DNA of 64,000 nucleotides, from the NCBI GenBank assembly GCA_949297285.1, contig CASFRL010000116.1:4799-68798 (forward strand). Direction: 5' to 3'. Positions 52,623 to 64,000 of this stretch are shown here, piece after piece. The translations under genes and the position numbers were made by a program. Within the stretch, counting starts at the first letter, position 1. Each line of letters opens with the position of its first letter. The notes beneath the pieces were generated by a model that was not told the origin of the DNA, did not search any database, and saw nothing but the letters and a program-made list of their open reading frames with translations. The DNA is from an uncultured Bacteroidales bacterium (lineage in GTDB: Bacteria; Bacteroidota; Bacteroidia; Bacteroidales; Coprobacteraceae).

Positions 52623-53885
52623 ATGCAAACACTTGACAATTTCAATTTTGCCGGTAAAAAGGCATTTGTACGTGTTGATTTCAACGTACCTTTGGATGAA
52701 AATCTGAATATTACAGACGATACCCGTATGCGTGCGGCATTGCCTACTTTGAAAAAAATTATAGCTGATGGTGGAAGTGTAATCATCGGATCACATCTGG
52801 GTCGTCCTAAAAAAGGACCGGAAGATAAATTCTCACTGAAACATGTTGTCGCTCACTTGTCTGAGTTATTGGGTCAACCGGTGAAATTTGTTGATGATTC
52901 GAAAGGTGAAAAAGTAAAAGCTGCTGTGGCAGAATTGAAACCGGGAGAAGTGCTTGTTCTCGAAAATCTTCGTTTTTATGCTGAAGAAGAAGGTAAACCC
53001 AGAGGGCTTGCCGAAGATGCCAGCGATGAAGAAAAGGCTGCTGCAAAGAAAGCAATTAAAGCCAGTCAGAAAGAATTCACTAAAGAATTGGCCGATTTGG
53101 CAGACGTTTATGTAAATGATGCATTTGGTACAGCTCATCGGGCACATGCTTCTACGGCATTAATTGCCGATTATTTTGCTCCGGAAAATAAAATGTTCGG
53201 TTATTTGATGGAAAAAGAGGTAAAAGCCGTAGAAAAAGTGATGAAAGATATCAATCGTCCTTTTACCGCAATTATGGGAGGTTCGAAAGTTTCTTCTAAG
53301 ATCGAAATTATAGAAAATCTTCTTAACAAGGTAGATAACCTGATTATTACAGGTGGTATGACTTATACTTTCACTAAAGCTCAGGGTGGAAAGATCGGAA
53401 ATTCTATTTGCGAAGATGACAAATTGGATTTGGCTCTTGAGTTGATGAAGAAAGCAAAAGAAAATGGCGTAAATCTGGTATTGGCTGTAGATGCTAAAAT
53501 TGCAGATGCTTTCAGTAATGATGCCAATACAAAGATCGTTCCTGTAAATCAAATTCCAGATGGTTGGGAAGGATTGGATATTGGTCCGGAATCTGAAAAA
53601 ATCTTTGCCGATGTCATTAAGAAATCGAAAACAATTCTTTGGAACGGTCCTACTGGAGTATTCGAATTTGAAAACTTTACTCACGGTTCTCGTTCGGTTG
53701 GTGAAGCCATTGTTGAAGCTACCAAGAACGGAGCATTCTCTCTTGTCGGCGGTGGCGATTCAGTAGCTTGTGTCAACAAGTTTGGTTTGGCAAACGGCGT
53801 ATCATATGTATCTACCGGTGGAGGTGCATTGCTCGAAGCAATCGAAGGAAAAGTTCTTCCGGGAATCAAAGCAATTCAAGGATAA
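52623..53885 (+). CDS. pgk: Phosphoglycerate kinase
   Basis: [31 protein letters not shown]. Confidence 0.98.
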   Translation: MQTLDNFNFAGKKAFVRVDFNVPLDENLNITDDTRMRAALPTLKKIIADGGSVIIGSHLGRPKKGPEDKFSLKHVVAHLSELLGQPVKFVDDSKGEKVKAAVAELKPGEVLVLENLRFYAEEEGKPRGLAEDASDEEKAAAKKAIKASQKEFTKELADLADVYVNDAFGTAHRAHASTALIADYFAPENKMFGYLMEKEVKAVEKVMKDINRPFTAIMGGSKVSSKIEIIENLLNKVDNLIITGGMTYTFTKAQGGKIGNSICEDDKLDLALELMKKAKENGVNLVLAVDAKIADAFSNDANTKIVPVNQIPDGWEGLDIGPESEKIFADVIKKSKTILWNGPTGVFEFENFTHGSRSVGEAIVEATKNGAFSLVGGGDSVACVNKFGLANGVSYVSTGGGALLEAIEGKVLPGIKAIQG

Positions 53886-53901
53886 ATTTAAATTTTTCTA
53901 T

Positions 53902-53939
53902 AAAAAAGAGTCTGTCTCCCGGGAGACAGACTCTTTTTT
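53902..53939. terminator. Bidirectional terminator (perfect 38-bp palindrome)
   Basis: AAAAAAGAGTCTGTCTCCC|GGGAGACAGACTCTTTTTT. Confidence 0.88.
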
Positions 53940-53960
53940 TATTATATAAACGAAATTAAT

Positions 53961-55685
53961 TTATCGTATAATTGCCATTGGATTCCCCCATACTTCTAAA
54001 TGTGAAGCATCGACTGTTGCAACATTTCCATCCGTTATGATAATAACATTCATATCTCGATCGACGATGACAACCCGGTCTTTAAGAACTCCGAAATAAC
54101 TTACATCAGACTCTTGTAATCCTTCATAAATCATTTCTTGTACCGAAGGATCAGAAAGTTTTATCCGATATAAAGCGTCTGATTTAAAGGTATAGAGATA
54201 ATGTTCTTGATGTGGGTATAAACTGTTGTAATGGTAAAATCTATCGACCGAAGGAGAAAAATCTTGACCGCTGTCTATATCATTATTTTTGTCGAAAACA
54301 TAGTATCGGTCTGTCCCTATGAGATACATTTTATTTTCAGATAAAGTCACAGCAGTCAATGTATAACTTCCTAATCTAAAATATTGAAAATGCACATTCC
54401 ATTTTAAAGGAAGTGTACTGCTTACATATTCTGTCTGAGGGCCGTTAGAAGTTCCTTTAAGAGCAAGAATAGTTCCACTGGGAGAACGGAATATAGCCGG
54501 ATTTCCGGTAAAAAATCCGGAATAATTTGATGGTGAAATATCCAATACTTGGTTGTTTACAACCATTTTAGAATCATTTATTAAGATTCTTTCTGACGCA
54601 TCGACTTCCCAATGGCATTGTTCCCCAATAAAAGTGGTGTAGCTTCCGTCATAAACTTGTTTTATGTCAACTTCGTTTTCCAAATAGAGATATTCACTTT
54701 CCTCATTAAATGTATGACCATTTTCCGGAAAAAAGTTTGCATTGATTTCTATCTTATAGATCGGTTTATTATTGATAGTTTCGAATGTATTCTCGGGTGC
54801 AGGCATAAAATAGAAAACATTATCTTCATAACAGCGAAATTGAGCCTCATTCATTTGATTTGAAAAAACCGAATTCTCATTGTCGTAATATGATGGTAAT
54901 GGAATCATTAACCCATCAGCAATCCTGATAATTACAGGATAAGTAATTTCTGTGAGTTCTTGAATTGCAGTAAAATCATTATAGTCTGGATATACTGTAT
55001 CAACCTTAGCTATATAAGTTGTATAGGAGAAACAGTATTTATCGGAAATTGTTTTAAATCCATAAATATCGACATCGGAGAGTTCTTCTCGTTTATAGTC
55101 TAAGCATTTGATTTTTTCTGCACGATCAGAGGTTATTTTGTATCCCGGAAAACTATTCATGTTAAAACCATTATCCTCTCTTGTCGTCTCGACCAATAAA
55201 ATGGCATCATCAATAGCGGCATAGGCCGGACGCCCTATTTTGAAATCTTTGGAATCAGCCATTTGATATATGTATACCTCTCCTACTTCAAAGGTTTCTT
55301 GAGAAGATTCTATATAATCTGCTATCCCGGCAGAAACAGAAATATTGTATCCCCCTTTGTAAGATTCAGGGATATTGATTTTGAGATAGTAACCATATTT
55401 TTCGTTGGGTGTTGTCACAGAACCCATCCCATCATTATTGGAAAGATTGTCTTCGATTTCAAAATCAATAGGCTCTCCGTTCAGGAATACTTGTGGATTT
55501 AAAAGCTTCATTGTTGTCTGAATTTCCAAAGTCTTTCCAGCTAATATTTTTTCTTGAAAGAAAAATTTTAGCTCTTCCGGATTAAAGTCTTCGGTGGTAT
55601 CCGATTCTTTATCAAAAAGTTCATCACAAGATAGTGTCAGTGTCACTAAAAAGATAAGGCTTAAATAATAAGTTATTGATTTCAT
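53961..55685 (-). CDS. Uncharacterised lipoprotein (574 aa, beta-rich)
   Basis: Lipobox TLSC followed by an acidic stretch (CDELFDKESD). Confidence 0.75.
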   Translation of the reverse strand: MKSITYYLSLIFLVTLTLSCDELFDKESDTTEDFNPEELKFFFQEKILAGKTLEIQTTMKLLNPQVFLNGEPIDFEIEDNLSNNDGMGSVTTPNEKYGYYLKINIPESYKGGYNISVSAGIADYIESSQETFEVGEVYIYQMADSKDFKIGRPAYAAIDDAILLVETTREDNGFNMNSFPGYKITSDRAEKIKCLDYKREELSDVDIYGFKTISDKYCFSYTTYIAKVDTVYPDYNDFTAIQELTEITYPVIIRIADGLMIPLPSYYDNENSVFSNQMNEAQFRCYEDNVFYFMPAPENTFETINNKPIYKIEINANFFPENGHTFNEESEYLYLENEVDIKQVYDGSYTTFIGEQCHWEVDASERILINDSKMVVNNQVLDISPSNYSGFFTGNPAIFRSPSGTILALKGTSNGPQTEYVSSTLPLKWNVHFQYFRLGSYTLTAVTLSENKMYLIGTDRYYVFDKNNDIDSGQDFSPSVDRFYHYNSLYPHQEHYLYTFKSDALYRIKLSDPSVQEMIYEGLQESDVSYFGVLKDRVVIVDRDMNVIIITDGNVATVDASHLEVWGNPMAIIR

Positions 55686-55711
55686 GAAAAAATTATAGGT
55701 TTAGATATTTT

Positions 55712-56596
55712 TTATTCTAAGTTTATATTTAATTTTTCAAAAAATCTTTTTGCAATTTCTGCAAATCCGGCATTCCCTGGATGTGATGCTACTCCGCTAT
55801 CTGTAGTTATCGTTTCGTAGCCTTGCCATGTCAAAGTTTTAGTCTCTGCATTATCGATATAACTTATCACATTGATAGTTGTATCGTAATTTTTTTCATT
55901 AATGGTAAAATTAATTTGCAATCGATTATTAGATATTTTGGTATAATTAGTGTAATTCAAGGTTTGAGATGTCGGTTCTGTCCGAGTTATAACTGTTCCG
56001 ATTGTGCTTTGATTGGCGCTTGTGTTTAAATCGCTTATCGGAATAAGGGTTACTCCATATTGTTCACACGCATTTTGTATATATTTCGTAACATTATCAG
56101 ATACATACCAGCCATAAATCCATACGATACGGGCTTGTGTCGCTACTTCTTTTATTGTTTTGATCAGGTTTTTGGCCCCTTGTTCAAAAGCAGATATTTT
56201 TTCAGATGTGTTTACATTATCTCCGATCTGTATAACGACAAAATCCAAATCACTACTCAGATTGGGTTGTAATGTATTTTTCAACCATATTGTTTGTTGA
56301 GTTTCGTTTTCACAAGCCTCAAACCCTACACCGTGTACTTTTATATCGGTATATGCAGGATTGGCTTTTAAAAATTTTTCTTTTATAATGGCATGATAAT
56401 CACTGCCTTGATCTGTCGCATCCATACCAAAAGTGCCATTACCTAATAATAACGAATTACCAATATATAATGCCTTATTGGGTATTTTAAAAACTTCATT
56501 GTTTAAATTAGTATCCGATTCGTTTTCCGCATTGTCACATGAAATTATTGTTATCGACAAGAAAATAAAACATAATAAATATCCGATCTGTCTCAT
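55712..56596 (-). CDS. SGNH/GDSL hydrolase family lipoprotein
   Basis: YIGNSL, IQIGDN, SHPG; lipobox IISC; start 56596 because a -7 box (56643-50) places the TSS downstream of ATG 56641. Confidence 0.8.
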   Translation of the reverse strand: MRQIGYLLCFIFLSITIISCDNAENESDTNLNNEVFKIPNKALYIGNSLLLGNGTFGMDATDQGSDYHAIIKEKFLKANPAYTDIKVHGVGFEACENETQQTIWLKNTLQPNLSSDLDFVVIQIGDNVNTSEKISAFEQGAKNLIKTIKEVATQARIVWIYGWYVSDNVTKYIQNACEQYGVTLIPISDLNTSANQSTIGTVITRTEPTSQTLNYTNYTKISNNRLQINFTINEKNYDTTINVISYIDNAETKTLTWQGYETITTDSGVASHPGNAGFAEIAKRFFEKLNINLE

Positions 56597-56678
56597 AAAA
56601 TTGGTTATTGATTTGACTTTAATTTTATTTATATCTAACATACAAAGATAAAACTATTTTTATTATTTTAGGGAATAT

Positions 56679-57683
56679 TTACCTGTTTTCTCGGATACGT
56701 ACTTTTAATTGCTGTTGATAGTCTAAAAGATACTCAATATAATCACTATATCTGTCGGGCGATTCTGTAAATATATCCAATGATTTTTTTATCCAATTCA
56801 ATGCCGATTCATATCGGTCATTAAGTTCTTCATATAACGCCATATTGGCTGCGGCTTTTGCTTTTCGTTCCATTTTCCCGGCATTATCATAAATATATTC
56901 CCATAAGAATGAGGCTTCTTCATAACTGCCTTTGGTCCAATACAGATTAGCTTCTTTCATTAAAGGATGCAATGTGACAAAATAATAACGATCTACGTTA
57001 TCGATATATGAATAAAATTTTTTGCAGACTTGCTGTCCGGAATAACTTGCCGCTTCGATCAGACAATCTTGAAAAGAAGGAAATTGTTTTAATGCAAGGT
57101 CTTCGGTTTCTCCGTAAGATTGCCAAGATACCGTATCTATGCAAGAATAAATATGAGGAAAAACTTCATAACCATTATACAATTTTAGGTTGGCACGAAC
57201 TATGACATTTAAATCTCCAAAAACAAAAACATCATTTATTCGTTTCAATTTAATAGACGGGATTACAGATAACTCATCTAAAGAAAGTATCGCATCGGCT
57301 TTTAAACTATCTCTGATTGCCCCTATTTTATGGCTTGGCAATATATCCCCAGTTACAGAGTCATTCTTCATTCGGATTATCGACAACATACGTCCCGATG
57401 CGTTTCTTAACGAACGTGACAGACTTTTTGTAAAATGTGGAATAAGATTTTCTCTTTCTATCTGTAACCGTTGGTGTACATTGTGTATATCGACGATTTC
57501 ACCTTCATCCTCTTTCGGAGTACGTTCCGGAGCATTGATTACGATAGCCAATTTATGAATAGAGTCTGATAATGCAGCTTCTGCCGGTCGCAGAATTTCA
57601 AGGGGAACATATACCGCTGTTGCACAAGCACTGAATAGTGCAACAAGAAAAAAAGCACTTATGATATTGAAACATCGATGCAT
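56679..57683 (-). CDS. Lipoprotein with C-terminal TPR (DUF6340-like)
   Basis: Lipobox FSAC, EILRPA, AAANMALYEE. Confidence 0.7.
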   Translation of the reverse strand: MHRCFNIISAFFLVALFSACATAVYVPLEILRPAEAALSDSIHKLAIVINAPERTPKEDEGEIVDIHNVHQRLQIERENLIPHFTKSLSRSLRNASGRMLSIIRMKNDSVTGDILPSHKIGAIRDSLKADAILSLDELSVIPSIKLKRINDVFVFGDLNVIVRANLKLYNGYEVFPHIYSCIDTVSWQSYGETEDLALKQFPSFQDCLIEAASYSGQQVCKKFYSYIDNVDRYYFVTLHPLMKEANLYWTKGSYEEASFLWEYIYDNAGKMERKAKAAANMALYEELNDRYESALNWIKKSLDIFTESPDRYSDYIEYLLDYQQQLKVRIRENR

Positions 57684-57944
57684 ATATCTTGATATTCTTT
57701 TTTACAAACATACAAATTTATTTAACGTGCAAAACATATATTTGTTATAAAAAAACTAAGAGGTTGTTTAATTTTTGAATAAAAAATAATCAAAAAAAGG
57801 GAAATAAATCTGTTTGGTTTCATTTGATATAATGAAACTCGACGGCACAAAAAGTTTTTTATTTTGAGGCTTTTTAGGGAATAAAAATCGCATAAAATAA
57901 AAATATGCCATTACAATTTGTAATTTTGCATCCTCAAACATCGT

Positions 57945-59843
57945 ATGGAACAAAATATTCATGAAATATTAAAGCGGTATTGGGGGTATGATGAGTTCAG
58001 GCCTTTACAAGAAGAAATTATTGCATCTGTATTGGCGGGGAAAGATACGCTGGGCTTAATGCCTACCGGAGGGGGCAAATCTTTAACTTTTCAGGTCCCG
58101 GCTTTATATATGGACGGTATCTGTCTTGTCATAACACCATTAATTGCATTGATGAAAGATCAGGTCGATAATCTTAGAGCTCGGGATATAAAAGCGGCTT
58201 ATCTTCATTCGGGTCTGACACGTCATGAAACAATGGTTACGCTGGAAAATTGCATATTCGGGAAATATAAATTTTTGTATGTTTCTCCGGAACGTTTATC
58301 CAGTGAACTTTTTTTATCGAAGTTGAAGGCTATGTGTGTCTCATTGTTGGTGGTGGATGAAGCGCACTGCATATCCCAATGGGGCTATGATTTTAGACCA
58401 TCATATATAAAAATTGCCGATATAAAGGCCTTATTACCCAATGTGCCGGTATTGGCCCTTACCGCAACTGCAACACCTGAAGTGGCAAAGGATATACAAG
58501 AAAAGCTTCATTTTAGGCATGAAAATATTTTCCGAAAAAGTTTCTTCCGTCCTAATCTTTCTTATGTTGTTCGTTACGGAGAGAATAAAATACAACAATT
58601 GGTCTATATTCTGAACCGTGTTCAAGGAAGTGCAATAGTATATGTGCGCAGCAGACAAAAATCTAAAGAAATTGCAGAGGAACTGAAACGGTTTAATATC
58701 CACGCTGATTTTTATCATGCCGGATTGAAATCGGAAGAAAAAAATCTGAGACAGCAAGAGTGGAAAGAAGGCCGTTGTCGGGTTATTGTTGCGACAAATG
58801 CTTTTGGTATGGGGATAGACAAATCGGATGTCCGGCTTGTTATTCATCTTGATTTGCCGAATTCTCCTGAAGAATATTACCAAGAAGCCGGACGTGCCGG
58901 AAGAGATGGAAAACAGGCGTATGCCGTTATTTTGTATGCGAATAGTGACAAGGCAAAATTGGAAAAAAGAATTCGGGATATGTTTCCCGAACGACAATTT
59001 ATAATTCGTGTATATGAAGCATTGGGCAATTTTTTACAAGTAGCCGTCGGATCGGGAATGAATTCGGTTTTTGACTTCGACCTGAACACCTTCTGTAAAA
59101 CGTTTAAATTTCCCATATTGCCGACGTTCAATGCTTTGAAAATATTGGAACAAGCCCAATATATCGAGTTTACGGAAGAGGTAGAATCTCTGTCGAGGGT
59201 GATGATAACTGTCGAACGCGATGAGTTGTATAAATTGCAGGTCTCCGATTCGAGAAAAGAAGAACTTTTACAGTGCCTGCTTCGCTCTTATACCGGGTTA
59301 TTTGCAGATTACGTCTTTATACAGGAAGATTTGCTTTCAAGGCGGAGTGGTCTTTCTCTTCAAGATGTGTATGAAAGTTTGATTTATTTTTCAAAACAAC
59401 ATATTTTACATTATATTCCGCGTAAGAAAACTCCTTTTATTATATATACCGCCCCTCGGGAAGAACTGAAATATTTATCGATATCTCGAGATATTTATGA
59501 AGAACGCAAAGAACGATTTTCTCATCGTATTCACAGTATGTTGGAATATGTACTTCACGATAAGAAATGCAGAACTCAGATTTTACTGAACTATTTTGGC
59601 GAAACATTTACTAAAGAATGCGGATTATGTGATATTTGTTTGGGAAAGAAATCTGGGAAATTAACCACTGGAGATTTTTCTGAAATAGAAGAAAAAATAT
59701 ATGAATTATTAAGGCAAGATAAATGTACACTGGATACAATTGTCGAGAAAGTACCTTTTCCGCAAGATAAAGTTATAGAGGCATTGCGTTTTTTGTGTGA
59801 CGAACAATTTATTCAAACGAAAGAAGGATTTTATTATATATAA
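57945..59843 (+). CDS. RecQ-family ATP-dependent DNA helicase
   Basis: [23 protein letters not shown], Zn motif CR..CGLCDIC; no evident HRDC domain. Confidence 0.93.
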   Translation: MEQNIHEILKRYWGYDEFRPLQEEIIASVLAGKDTLGLMPTGGGKSLTFQVPALYMDGICLVITPLIALMKDQVDNLRARDIKAAYLHSGLTRHETMVTLENCIFGKYKFLYVSPERLSSELFLSKLKAMCVSLLVVDEAHCISQWGYDFRPSYIKIADIKALLPNVPVLALTATATPEVAKDIQEKLHFRHENIFRKSFFRPNLSYVVRYGENKIQQLVYILNRVQGSAIVYVRSRQKSKEIAEELKRFNIHADFYHAGLKSEEKNLRQQEWKEGRCRVIVATNAFGMGIDKSDVRLVIHLDLPNSPEEYYQEAGRAGRDGKQAYAVILYANSDKAKLEKRIRDMFPERQFIIRVYEALGNFLQVAVGSGMNSVFDFDLNTFCKTFKFPILPTFNALKILEQAQYIEFTEEVESLSRVMITVERDELYKLQVSDSRKEELLQCLLRSYTGLFADYVFIQEDLLSRRSGLSLQDVYESLIYFSKQHILHYIPRKKTPFIIYTAPREELKYLSISRDIYEERKERFSHRIHSMLEYVLHDKKCRTQILLNYFGETFTKECGLCDICLGKKSGKLTTGDFSEIEEKIYELLRQDKCTLDTIVEKVPFPQDKVIEALRFLCDEQFIQTKEGFYYI

Positions 59844-59848
59844 AAATT

Positions 59849-60187
59849 ATGGTTAAAGGAGCATCTATCATTATGTTGTTTTATGTTTTGGGAGAATGTC
59901 TGAGCTTTTTAATTAATGGCATTGTTCCCGGTAGTGTATGTGGAATGGTTTTGTTATTTTTGTCGCTTTTGTTAAAACTGGTAAATCCGAGGGATGTGAG
60001 AGGGGTAGCAAACGCGTTGACAAAGAATATGGCTCTTTTTTTTGTGCCTGCCGGAGTCGGTCTTATGGCCTCTTTCGATCTCATTTCCCGCTATTGGGCA
60101 GCATTGTTGATCGTTTCGGTTGTGACAACCGCTGTCATTATTGCTGTTGTTGGTTATATGCAAGATAAATTAGAAAAAAGATTGTAA
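59849..60187 (+). CDS. CidA/LrgA family membrane protein
   Basis: PGSVCGM, MALFFVPAGVG. Confidence 0.9.
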   Translation: MVKGASIIMLFYVLGECLSFLINGIVPGSVCGMVLLFLSLLLKLVNPRDVRGVANALTKNMALFFVPAGVGLMASFDLISRYWAALLIVSVVTTAVIIAVVGYMQDKLEKRL

Positions 60188-60193
60188 ACGATT

Positions 60194-60886
60194 ATGAACG
60201 AAATATTGTCATCTACCCCGTTTTTATTGTTTCTCGTATTGGCGAGTTATTTGTCGGGAATATATATTTATACAAAAAGCCGGATTGCATTACTCCACCC
60301 TATTATTATCAGCATTGCCGTGATTATCGGCGTTTTGAAATGGGCAGGAATCGATTATGATACTTTTTTTGAAGGCAGTTATATGATTCATTTCATGTTA
60401 GGACCGTCTGTGGTTGCATTGGGGTATGTCTTGTATGAGCAGGTTGGTTATTTAAAAGGGAAAGTATTGTCTATTACATCTTCTATTATTGTGGGTAGTT
60501 TGGTGGGAATTGTCAGTGTAATTTGGATTTGTAAATTGATGGGAGTTGAACATAGCGTTATTGTCTCTTTAGAACCTAAATCTGTTACAACTCCAATTGC
60601 TCTCAGCCTTTCGGCCAAAAGCGGAGGTATTCCCTCACTAACGGCAATTACGGTTGTTATATGCGGTATATTGGGCGGAATCATCGGCCCCTTCATCCTT
60701 CGAAAATTACATATTAAAAGTAGAGTTGCAAAAGGTCTTGCTTTGGGGGCTGCAGCTCATGGTTTAGGGACGGCCAAAGCTATCGAATTGGGTGCGGTAG
60801 AGGGTGCTATTAGCGGACTTGCGATAGGATTGATGGGAATCATGACATCGCTGTTGATCCCTTTAGTCGAGAGTTTTTTTAATTGA
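60194..60886 (+). CDS. LrgB family membrane protein
   Basis: LGPSVVAL, PKSVTTPIA, AHGLGTA. Confidence 0.92.
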   Translation: MNEILSSTPFLLFLVLASYLSGIYIYTKSRIALLHPIIISIAVIIGVLKWAGIDYDTFFEGSYMIHFMLGPSVVALGYVLYEQVGYLKGKVLSITSSIIVGSLVGIVSVIWICKLMGVEHSVIVSLEPKSVTTPIALSLSAKSGGIPSLTAITVVICGILGGIIGPFILRKLHIKSRVAKGLALGAAAHGLGTAKAIELGAVEGAISGLAIGLMGIMTSLLIPLVESFFN

Positions 60887-60982
60887 ATCGTATCATCTTT
60901 ATAGGTTAAAATTATGTCGGCCTTGACTTTTGTATTATGCAGCAAGAGTTTATTTTTCTTCCCTCTCCCTCTTTTCAATAAA

Positions 60983-61017
60983 AAAGCCAACAGATTTTTC
61001 ATGAGTCTGTTGGCTTT
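60983..61017. terminator. Terminator between lrgB and valS
   Basis: 12-bp stem AAAGCCAACAGA/TCTGTTGGCTTT. Confidence 0.8.
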
Positions 61018-61036
61018 CTTTATAAAGGTTTTCCCG

Positions 61037-63658
61037 TTATTTTTTCAATGCTGCAATACTTTCTTCTAAAGATTTTATTTTGCTTTCTGCATCGGCTTGT
61101 TTTTTACGTTCCATTTCAACAACTTGAGCCGGAGCATTATTTACAAAACGTTCATTGCTTAATTTGGCCATTACCGATTTTAGGAATCCTTGCAAATACT
61201 TAAGCTCTTCTTCTTGCTTTTTCAACTCTGCTTCTACATCGATATTATTTCCCAGTGGAACGGCGTATTCGACAGTCCCAACCAAGAACGATGCTGCAGA
61301 AGCATCTTTTTCCTGAACCGGTAAGATAGCTTTCAGATTAGCGAGTTTCAGAATTATGGCATCATTTTCCGGATTGTGCTTTCCGATAACTTGTAGCTCT
61401 AAAGCCTCTTTATTGGGAATATTTTTTTGAAGTCGAATCGAACGTATACCGGAAATTATCTCTTTTGCCGTTTCGATTTGTGTCAGCAGGGCATTATCAT
61501 AGCTTGTTATTGGTTGTAATTGAGCAATCATAATGCTTTCTCCATCTTTGCGGTCGCAGATATGCTGCCAAAGCTCTTCTGTAATAAAAGGCATGAATGG
61601 ATGCAACAATTTCAACAGATCTTCGAAGAATGATAACGTCATTTCATACGTTTTCTTATCGATAGGCTGTTGGTATCCGGGTTTGATCATTTCCAAATAC
61701 CAAGATGAAAATTCATCCCAGAATAATTTATATACAACCATTAATGCTTCTGAAAGTCGATATTTAGAAAATAGATCGGCAATCTCGGCATTCGCTTTTT
61801 TCAGCATGGCATCGAACCAGTTTACTGCAATTCGGGCAGACTCCGGTTGTTTTATGGTTTCATCTACCGACCATCCTTTTATCAAACGGAATGCATTCCA
61901 TATTTTATTGTTGAAATTCCGTCCCTGTTCGCACAAAGTATCATCGAACAATATATCGTTCCCGGCCGGTGCAGAAAGCATCATTCCCATACGTACGCCA
62001 TCTGCTCCATACTTATCGATCAATTCCAACGGGTCAGGAGAATTACCCAATGATTTAGACATCTTACGGCCTAATTTATCTCGTACGATACCGGTAAAAT
62101 AAACATTTTTGAAAGGCATTTCTTTCTGATATTCATATCCGGCGATTATCATACGGGCTACCCAGAAGAAAATAATGTCGGGAGCTGTTACAAGATCGCT
62201 TGTCGGGTAATAATAATTTAATTCTTCATTCCCGGGATGATTGATGCCATCGAATAAAGATATAGGCCACAACCAAGATGAGAACCATGTATCGAGACAA
62301 TCTTCGTCTTGACGAAGGTCATTGATCTGTAAAGCTTGATTTCCCGTTTTCTTACGGGCCAGTTCCAATGCTTCTTCTTTCGTTGCCGCAACGACATATC
62401 CGCCTTCGGGAAGATAATAGGCCGGAATTTGATGACCCCACCAAAGCTGCCGTGATATACACCAGTCTTTTACATTTTCCATCCAGTAACGGTATGTGTT
62501 TTTATATTTGGTAGGATAAAATTTGATATCATCATTCATTACGGCATCTAAAGCCGGTTTTGCCAGATCGGACATTTTCAAGAACCATTGCATCGAGAGT
62601 TTGGGCTCTATAACGACATTTGTACGTTCCGAATGGCCTACTTTATTGGTATAGGCTTCTGTCTTTTCCAATAATCCGGCAGCATCCAAATCTTTTTCGA
62701 TCTGAATACGTACATCGAATCTGTCCATACCCACATACATACCGGCGGCCTCACTTATTGTTCCGTTGTCGTTAAATATGTCGATGCTTGGCAGGTTATA
62801 TTTTTCACCCAGCATATAGTCGTTGACATCATGAGCCGGAGTTACTTTCAGACATCCCGTACCGAATTCTATATCGACATAATCGTCTTCGATAACCGGA
62901 ATTACTCTGTTTACCAATGGTACGATTACTTTTTTCCCTTTTAAATGCTGATTTTTGGGATCGTTCGGGTTGATACACATTGCCGTATCTCCCATAATTG
63001 TTTCCGGACGAGTTGTCGCCACTATGGCATATCCGTCTTCTCCTTCTATCTTGTAACGTAAATAGTACAGTTTCCCGTGTTCTTCTTTATAAACAACTTC
63101 TTCGTCCGAGAGTGCTGTCAAGGCTTTCGGATCCCAGTTTACCATACGTACACCTCGATAAATAAGGCCTTTGTTATATAAATCGACGAAAACTTTCAAG
63201 ACACTTTCACTACGGGTTTTATCCATTGTAAAAGCCGTCCGGTCCCAATCGCAGGATGCTCCCAATTTGCGTAATTGCTGCAGGATAATTCCTCCGTGAG
63301 TTTCCGTCCACTCCCAGGCATGTTTTAAAAATTCTTCCCGGGTAAGGTCGGTCTTTTTTATTCCTTGTGCCGCCAGTTTATTTACCACTTTGGCTTCGGT
63401 TGCAATAGAAGCATGGTCGGTACCCGGCACCCAACAAGCATTTTTTCCGGTCATACGGGCACGTCGAATCAAGATGTCTTGGATCGTATTGTTCAACATA
63501 TGCCCCATGTGCAACACTCCCGTGACGTTTGGTGGAGGTATAACTATCGTATAAGGTTCACGGCCGTCGGGTTTCGATTTGAAATATCCGTTTTTCAGCC
63601 AATATTCGTACCACTTTCCTTCAACCTCTGCGGGATTGTACTTTGTTGCAATTTCCAT
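61037..63658 (-). CDS. valS: Valine--tRNA ligase
   Basis: [29 protein letters not shown]-terminal coiled coil. Confidence 0.98.
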   Translation of the reverse strand: MEIATKYNPAEVEGKWYEYWLKNGYFKSKPDGREPYTIVIPPPNVTGVLHMGHMLNNTIQDILIRRARMTGKNACWVPGTDHASIATEAKVVNKLAAQGIKKTDLTREEFLKHAWEWTETHGGIILQQLRKLGASCDWDRTAFTMDKTRSESVLKVFVDLYNKGLIYRGVRMVNWDPKALTALSDEEVVYKEEHGKLYYLRYKIEGEDGYAIVATTRPETIMGDTAMCINPNDPKNQHLKGKKVIVPLVNRVIPVIEDDYVDIEFGTGCLKVTPAHDVNDYMLGEKYNLPSIDIFNDNGTISEAAGMYVGMDRFDVRIQIEKDLDAAGLLEKTEAYTNKVGHSERTNVVIEPKLSMQWFLKMSDLAKPALDAVMNDDIKFYPTKYKNTYRYWMENVKDWCISRQLWWGHQIPAYYLPEGGYVVAATKEEALELARKKTGNQALQINDLRQDEDCLDTWFSSWLWPISLFDGINHPGNEELNYYYPTSDLVTAPDIIFFWVARMIIAGYEYQKEMPFKNVYFTGIVRDKLGRKMSKSLGNSPDPLELIDKYGADGVRMGMMLSAPAGNDILFDDTLCEQGRNFNNKIWNAFRLIKGWSVDETIKQPESARIAVNWFDAMLKKANAEIADLFSKYRLSEALMVVYKLFWDEFSSWYLEMIKPGYQQPIDKKTYEMTLSFFEDLLKLLHPFMPFITEELWQHICDRKDGESIMIAQLQPITSYDNALLTQIETAKEIISGIRSIRLQKNIPNKEALELQVIGKHNPENDAIILKLANLKAILPVQEKDASAASFLVGTVEYAVPLGNNIDVEAELKKQEEELKYLQGFLKSVMAKLSNERFVNNAPAQVVEMERKKQADAESKIKSLEESIAALKK

Positions 63659-63825
63659 TCTATTTTGTAATTTCTTGTTTTTTATTTTCTATTGAAAGCA
63701 AAAAGAGATAAAAATCTCCAAAATGCGATGCAAAAGTACAAAATATTCGGCATAGAAACGTGTCGAATATCTAAATTTCACAAGAAGTTTTTCTATTTTT
63801 GTCGGATATTAACAAGATACTGATT

Positions 63826-64000
63826 ATGAAACTTCACTTCTCGCTTATTGCTTTAGCAATTTTATTGTTTATTTTTCCATCGAATAGTCAACAGTTTCCC
63901 AAACGGGAGTTTCGAGGTGCATGGATACAAACTGTACATCAATCCCAATATCAGAATATGGATAAATCGACTATGGAGTCTTATCTTACAGCAATGTTAG
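63826..64000 (+). CDS. GHL10/DUF187 (YddW-like) glycoside hydrolase, N-terminus (truncated by window end)
   Basis: MKLHFSLIALAILLFIFPSNSQQFPKREFRGAWIQTV: signal peptide plus EFRGAW motif. Confidence 0.75.
   Translation, partial: MKLHFSLIALAILLFIFPSNSQQFPKREFRGAWIQTVHQSQYQNMDKSTMESYLTAML

Noticed and set aside
59849-60886. CidA/LrgB as a prophage holin-antiholin pair
   Set aside because: No phage genes nearby; this family is a common chromosomal transporter pair
63659-63825. T-box or attenuator upstream of valS (also checked glnS and aspS)
   Set aside because: Short leaders with no T-box sequence, codon-rich uORF or competing stems visible
1-64000. Many 60-190 aa antisense or overlapping ORFs in the track; CRISPR, IS, tRNA and rRNA
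   Set aside because: Shadow frames of well-supported genes with no motifs; no repeat-spacer array, transposase or structural RNA gene recognised by eye

Overview
AT-rich core-chromosome segment of a Bacteroidales bacterium (Bacteroidota TAnnTTTG promoters and typical gene neighbourhoods such as ftsK-lolA-trxB-Crp/Cur, amn-holA-HTH-pyrK-pyrD and pheA-aminotransferase-aroF/CM-tyrA). It holds about 55 mostly housekeeping CDSs. I saw no rRNA, tRNA, CRISPR array, IS or prophage. The most interesting signals are non-coding. (1) Two complete Phe/Tyr leader-peptide attenuators lie in series upstream of the pheA operon. (2) A structured, switch- or pseudoknot-like 5' leader precedes an orphan ECF sigma factor. 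(3) A canonical XerCD dif site at 7304-7331 suggests the window contains the replication terminus. (4) An XRE-HTH gene has two oppositely oriented TGTAAA clusters upstream, about 22 kb from dif. (5) lon has a sigma54-like promoter and TGACAA repeats. There is also a candidate polyol-phospholipid operon, an unannotated 55-aa membrane protein and an SxxS thioredoxin. All calls are from manual reading; no database searches or folding programs were run.
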